Below, one piece after another: positions 60,750 to 64,000 of a stretch of 64,000 nucleotides of DNA. Location: the NCBI GenBank assembly GCA_965242525.1, contig OZ251459.1, positions 1,609,214 to 1,673,213 of the forward strand. The letters run 5' to 3'. Numbering within the stretch: position 1 is the stretch's first letter; the number at the start of each line of letters is the position of its first letter. The position numbers were made by a program, and so were the translations under genes. The notes under the pieces are model-generated. The model was not told the origin of the DNA, searched no databases, and was given only the letters and a program-made list of their open reading frames with translations. This stretch comes from an uncultured Candidatus Binatia bacterium (GTDB taxonomy: Bacteria > Desulfobacterota > Binatia > UBA9968 > JAJDTQ01).

Positions 60750-62135
60750 TCAATCTTCCACAGACACCTTGGCCGTTGCTCCACGCACGTCCAGCTTGCC
60801 GGTCACTGCATTGGCGACCAGGCGGGTGCGATACTCGCGGAGCAGGTCGATCTGCCGCCGGGTACGGGCGATGGTACAGTCGATGCCAGCGGTAACTTGG
60901 TCGAGATATAGGACGATAGCGTTTTGTTCCGATAAAGGAGGGAATGCAATTTTGATCTCCCCGATCTCAGCTTCGTTGATTGCAGGAACAGGACCAGGCT
61001 TGGTGATGACTGCCAAGTCGATACGCTGCAATAACGATAGTACGAAGTCAGGATTCCCCCGAGCAACAACGCAGCCCATCAAATTATTGTCGATGCTGGA
61101 AGGTTGTGTCAAGACGCGTCGTTTATTAGTTAGCATCGCACCGCCAACCTTGGGGAAGATAATGGTTCCGACCGGAAAGATTGCTGCTTTCAATGCCGCT
61201 GCTGTATTGTGAGAGACCGAATTATTCCAAGTTTTCACGAACTTGTCATTGCCAGGAAGATTCATGTCAGAGACTTTGAGGAAAGGAACTTCTTGATCTT
61301 GCTGGCCTTGTTGCTCTACAGGAAATCCACTCCCACTCTTGAATGTCCCCAGGTGTTTCAAAGCGAATACATCCCAATGCTCTGGTACATCACCTAGCCA
61401 CTCCACACCCGAAGGTTTGAGCGAGACGCTAGGATCAAGGCCACGGGTGACGGCTTGGGTCACGACGGCCTGTCGCTCATCCTCCAGCAGCGCGATGAGC
61501 CGCTCCTTGGCATCGACGTACCGGCGGATGCGGGCGTCCACGTGATCCAGGTACCGCACGATGGCCGACTGTTCCGATAGGGGCGGGAGAGGAATACGGA
61601 CGGATTTGATGCCAAAGTGGGTAAGACCGTACCGCGTAACGCCGTTCGCCCCTACGTGGAACTGGTAGGCAACCCCCCTGCTCTGCAAAGTCAGAGCCAA
61701 ATATGCCCCGAGTATCGCCTTGCAAGGCCGTAGCAGCGCCAGATGGTAGCCGGAAAGAAGGTCATCCGCTGACTCCGTTACCAGAGCCGGAACTCCAATG
61801 TCGTCCCACGTCTCGGAGTCCTTCGTGACGAGTACGTCGTCTCGCTCCAGCCGGAATCTTTCGATTTCGTCCGGCGATGCCGTTGCGCTCATGAAAGGCA
61901 GGTCCTGGGTTATCCGATCGTTCTTGTAAACATCGACGTAGTTGCACAGACGAACCGGAACTTCGCCCTCCCTCGTGTGCTTATCCACGTTGCTTACGCG
62001 CATTTCCGCTACGGTGCGAAGCCGCCGCACTTTCCAATGCTCCGGCACGTCGCCGAGCCACTCGACACCGGAGGGCTTGTAGGCTGGATAAGGGCGGAGC
62101 TTTTGGAATCTCTCAACAATCGGGACAGGGGGCAT
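60750..62135 (-). CDS. hsdS: Type I R-M specificity subunit; the start codon is possibly supplied by a MITE
   Basis: Two TRDs, each beginning KPSGVEWLGDVPEHW, with conserved PLPPLSEQSAIVRYLD and FPPLSEQNAIVLYLD segments. The second TRD is AT-richer. The ORF extends into the MITE (ALMPPVPIVERF). Confidence 0.8.
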   Translation of the reverse strand: MPPVPIVERFQKLRPYPAYKPSGVEWLGDVPEHWKVRRLRTVAEMRVSNVDKHTREGEVPVRLCNYVDVYKNDRITQDLPFMSATASPDEIERFRLERDDVLVTKDSETWDDIGVPALVTESADDLLSGYHLALLRPCKAILGAYLALTLQSRGVAYQFHVGANGVTRYGLTHFGIKSVRIPLPPLSEQSAIVRYLDHVDARIRRYVDAKERLIALLEDERQAVVTQAVTRGLDPSVSLKPSGVEWLGDVPEHWDVFALKHLGTFKSGSGFPVEQQGQQDQEVPFLKVSDMNLPGNDKFVKTWNNSVSHNTAAALKAAIFPVGTIIFPKVGGAMLTNKRRVLTQPSSIDNNLMGCVVARGNPDFVLSLLQRIDLAVITKPGPVPAINEAEIGEIKIAFPPLSEQNAIVLYLDQVTAGIDCTIARTRRQIDLLREYRTRLVANAVTGKLDVRGATAKVSVED

Positions 62136-62240
62136 GAGCGCGTCCTTCGACTCCGCTTCGCTACGCTCAGGACGAACGGGGATAAGAGAGTCAGGGTGAG
62201 GGAGTCTATCCCGGATGTCTCGCTTGTTCAGAGGTTCCTT
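62105..62240. repeat. MITE family 1 copy overlapping the hsdS 5' end
   Basis: The element runs from CTCTCAACAATCGGGACAGGGGGCATGAGCGCGTCCTTCGACTCCGCTTCGCTACGCTCAGGACGAACGG to CGCTTGTTCAGAGGTTCC. Confidence 0.85.
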
Positions 62241-62387
62241 TTTCAGGTCCGTCATCCTGCCGCACCGCTCATTTCGACTTCGAAGAAGCGTCGGCCCGAT
62301 TGGACTTGGCAAAGAACTCCCCGGCAGGGGTTCTCAGCGGATGGGGCCGCTCCACCGCGTACATGAAGATGTTGGTATCCACGAATA

Positions 62388-64000
62388 TCACGAACCGCCC
62401 TGTCCCCCGCGGCGGGACTTGTCCATGACCCTCAGGTGTTGCTCCCAATCCGGTTCACGCTCAGGACCTTCCCGAGCGTCGCACTCCCGAAAGAACTCGT
62501 CCAGTTGCGCCGGCGACTCGAAGGCGCCGGGGCGCGGCGCCTCTCCCACGATCTCTTCCAGCAACCCTTCGGTCTCCCGCTCCAACGCCAGTATGTCGGC
62601 CCGTATCTCATCCAGGGAGCGCAGGGGTTCCGGCTTGTAGAAGTAACGGGTGAAGCTGATCTCGTAACCGACCTTGAGGTTGCCGGGCGTGTACCAGGCA
62701 TCGGGCGCGTAGGGCAGCACCTCCCGTTTCAGGAAGGCGTCGATGCCGCCCTCTTCCTGGAACGGGACCTGCTCGACGTCGCGCAGGTCGGTGTCCGGCT
62801 CGTACTCCACCACCGCGGGCCTGCCGTCGATGGCGGCTGCGAACTTGCCGCATAGCGGGTCGGGCTCGGCGCCGCTCTCGTGGACTTTCCTGATGACCGG
62901 CGGCGCGGCCTCCGAACGCGGGAGTTCGTCCTTGAGCGCCCGGATTTCCCTGGGGGCGTAGGCCCGCTCGGGGTCGATGCCTTCCAACCTCAGGGGCCGC
63001 TCCACGACCACCTTCCAGTAGGCGAACGCCTCGTTGGGGAATATCTTCGACTCCTCGGTCTCCTCGAAGGCGAGGAAGACGTCGCAGATGCGTTGGATGT
63101 GGTCGCCCGAAAGTTCACAGTTCTTGTTGCCCAGGTTCTTGCGCAGGGGCCGGAACCATTGGGTGGCGTCGATGAGCTGCACCTTGCCCCGCCGCTGTTC
63201 GGCCTTGCGGTTGCTGAGCACCCAGATATAGGTGGCGATGCCGGTGTTGTAGAAAATGTTGAGAGGCAGCGCGACGACCGCTTCCAGCCAGTCGTTCTCG
63301 ATGATCCAGCGGCGGATGTTGCTCTCGCCCTGACCGGCGTCGCCGGTGAAGAGGGAGCTTCCGTTGTGGACCTCGGCGATGCGGCTGCCCAGGGGGGTGT
63401 CCTGCTTCCTCTTGCTCAGCATGTTGGCCAGGAACATCATCTGGCCGTCGCTGGACCGCGTGATCAGCGAGTACTCGCTGTCGCCGCTATGCTCCACCAC
63501 GAAGCGCGGGTCCTTGACGCCGGACTTGCCGCCCATGCGCTCCAGGTCGCTCTTCCAGCTCTTGCCGTAAGGCGGGTTGGAGAGCATGAAGTCGAACTCC
63601 CGGGTCGGGAATCCGTCCCCGGAGAGCGTGGAGCCGTACTGCATGTTGTCCGCCCCGACGCCCTCTCCCTTGAGGATGAGGTCGGCCTTGCTGATGGCGT
63701 AGGTCTCCGGGTTCACCTCCTGGCCGTACAGGTGCACCGACACTTCCTTGCCCTGTTTCCTCGCCAACTCCGTCAGCGTCTCCTCCGCGACGGTCAGCAT
63801 CCCGCCGGTGCCGCAAGCGCCGTCGTACACGAGGTAGGTGCCGGACTTGACCTGATCGGCCACGGGCCGGAAGACCAGGTGGGCCATGAGCTGCACCACG
63901 TCCCTGGGGGTGAAGTGCTCCCCGGCCTCTTCGTTGTTCTCCTCGCTGAAGCGGCGGATGAGCTCTTCGAACACCGTGCCCATGCCGTGGTTGTCCAGAC
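62388..64000 (-). CDS. hsdM: Type I R-M N6-adenine DNA methyltransferase subunit; N-terminus beyond window
   Basis: Motifs GEHFTPRDVVQLM, DGACGTGGML and NPPYG. The ORF reaches the window end. Confidence 0.85.
   Translation of the reverse strand, partial: LDNHGMGTVFEELIRRFSEENNEEAGEHFTPRDVVQLMAHLVFRPVADQVKSGTYLVYDGACGTGGMLTVAEETLTELARKQGKEVSVHLYGQEVNPETYAISKADLILKGEGVGADNMQYGSTLSGDGFPTREFDFMLSNPPYGKSWKSDLERMGGKSGVKDPRFVVEHSGDSEYSLITRSSDGQMMFLANMLSKRKQDTPLGSRIAEVHNGSSLFTGDAGQGESNIRRWIIENDWLEAVVALPLNIFYNTGIATYIWVLSNRKAEQRRGKVQLIDATQWFRPLRKNLGNKNCELSGDHIQRICDVFLAFEETEESKIFPNEAFAYWKVVVERPLRLEGIDPERAYAPREIRALKDELPRSEAAPPVIRKVHESGAEPDPLCGKFAAAIDGRPAVVEYEPDTDLRDVEQVPFQEEGGIDAFLKREVLPYAPDAWYTPGNLKVGYEISFTRYFYKPEPLRSLDEIRADILALERETEGLLEEIVGEAPRPGAFESPAQLDEFFRECDAREGPEREPDWEQHLRVMDKSRRGGQGGS

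Overview
This is a high-GC (~68-70%) bacterial chromosomal window in which two interleaved MITE-like repeat families are scattered in a dozen places, so the six-frame ORF track is dominated by spurious Arg/Gly/Pro-rich frames. The genes I can support are described below.

- **Sulfonate/nitrate-type ABC importer (1-2.5 kb, minus):** substrate-binding protein, ATPase and permease.
- **Alpha/alpha-toroid protein (2.7-3.7 kb):** prenyltransferase/squalene-cyclase-repeat fold.
- **NHLP-leader RiPP locus (4.1-15.7 kb):**
  - On the plus strand, a HlyD-family adaptor, a C39-peptidase ABC exporter and a second large ABC ATPase (the classic NHLM tripartite export system).
  - On the minus strand, four paralogous nitrile-hydratase-leader-peptide (NHLP) precursors whose short Trp/Asp-rich cores all end in -D-W.
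  - A cupin_4/JmjC-type Fe(II) oxygenase, translationally coupled to a small upstream ORF.
  - An uncharacterised 373-aa ORF nested between precursors.
  - A duplicated fragment of the ABC gene and a 9-bp x ~14 tandem repeat in the 5' region of the HlyD gene.
- **Truncated ISL3 transposase (15.9-16.6 kb).**
- **RND efflux pair (16.7-21.3 kb):** periplasmic adaptor plus pump.
- **Glutaredoxin-like ORF (21.4-21.7 kb)** with an in-frame TGA at the active-site Cys position, a selenoprotein candidate.
- **Dabb-isochorismatase fusion and CmcJ-like protein (21.7-23.6 kb).**
- **XRE regulator (24.7-25.0 kb).**
- **Orphan DUF1156 DNA methylase (25.6-29.0 kb)** carrying two in-frame MITE insertions.
- **Two tandem paralogous TPP-dependent enzymes (29.8-33.4 kb).**
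- **Glutamate synthase gltD/gltB (33.5-39.6 kb).**
- **Xanthine-dehydrogenase-family genes (39.9-48.6 kb):** an orphan large subunit, then a coxS-coxM-coxL set split by a MITE, with a DEAD-box helicase between them.
- **vapB with a truncated vapC (48.5-49.1 kb).**
- **Metabolic genes (49.3-53.9 kb):** 2-hydroxyacid dehydrogenase, amidohydrolase_2, a bicupin and a substrate-binding protein.
- **AlbA_2/HATPase protein (54.3-55.5 kb).**
- **Type I R-M locus (55.5-64.0 kb):** hsdR, hsdS and hsdM, with an RHH antitoxin-like gene, a DarG-like macro-domain gene and a low-GC membrane/HTH protein embedded between hsdR and hsdS.

The most notable system is the NHLP precursor / cupin-4 oxygenase / unknown-ORF RiPP locus. 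All coordinates are from reading the sequence and the ORF track, with no homology search, and starts may be off by a few bases.
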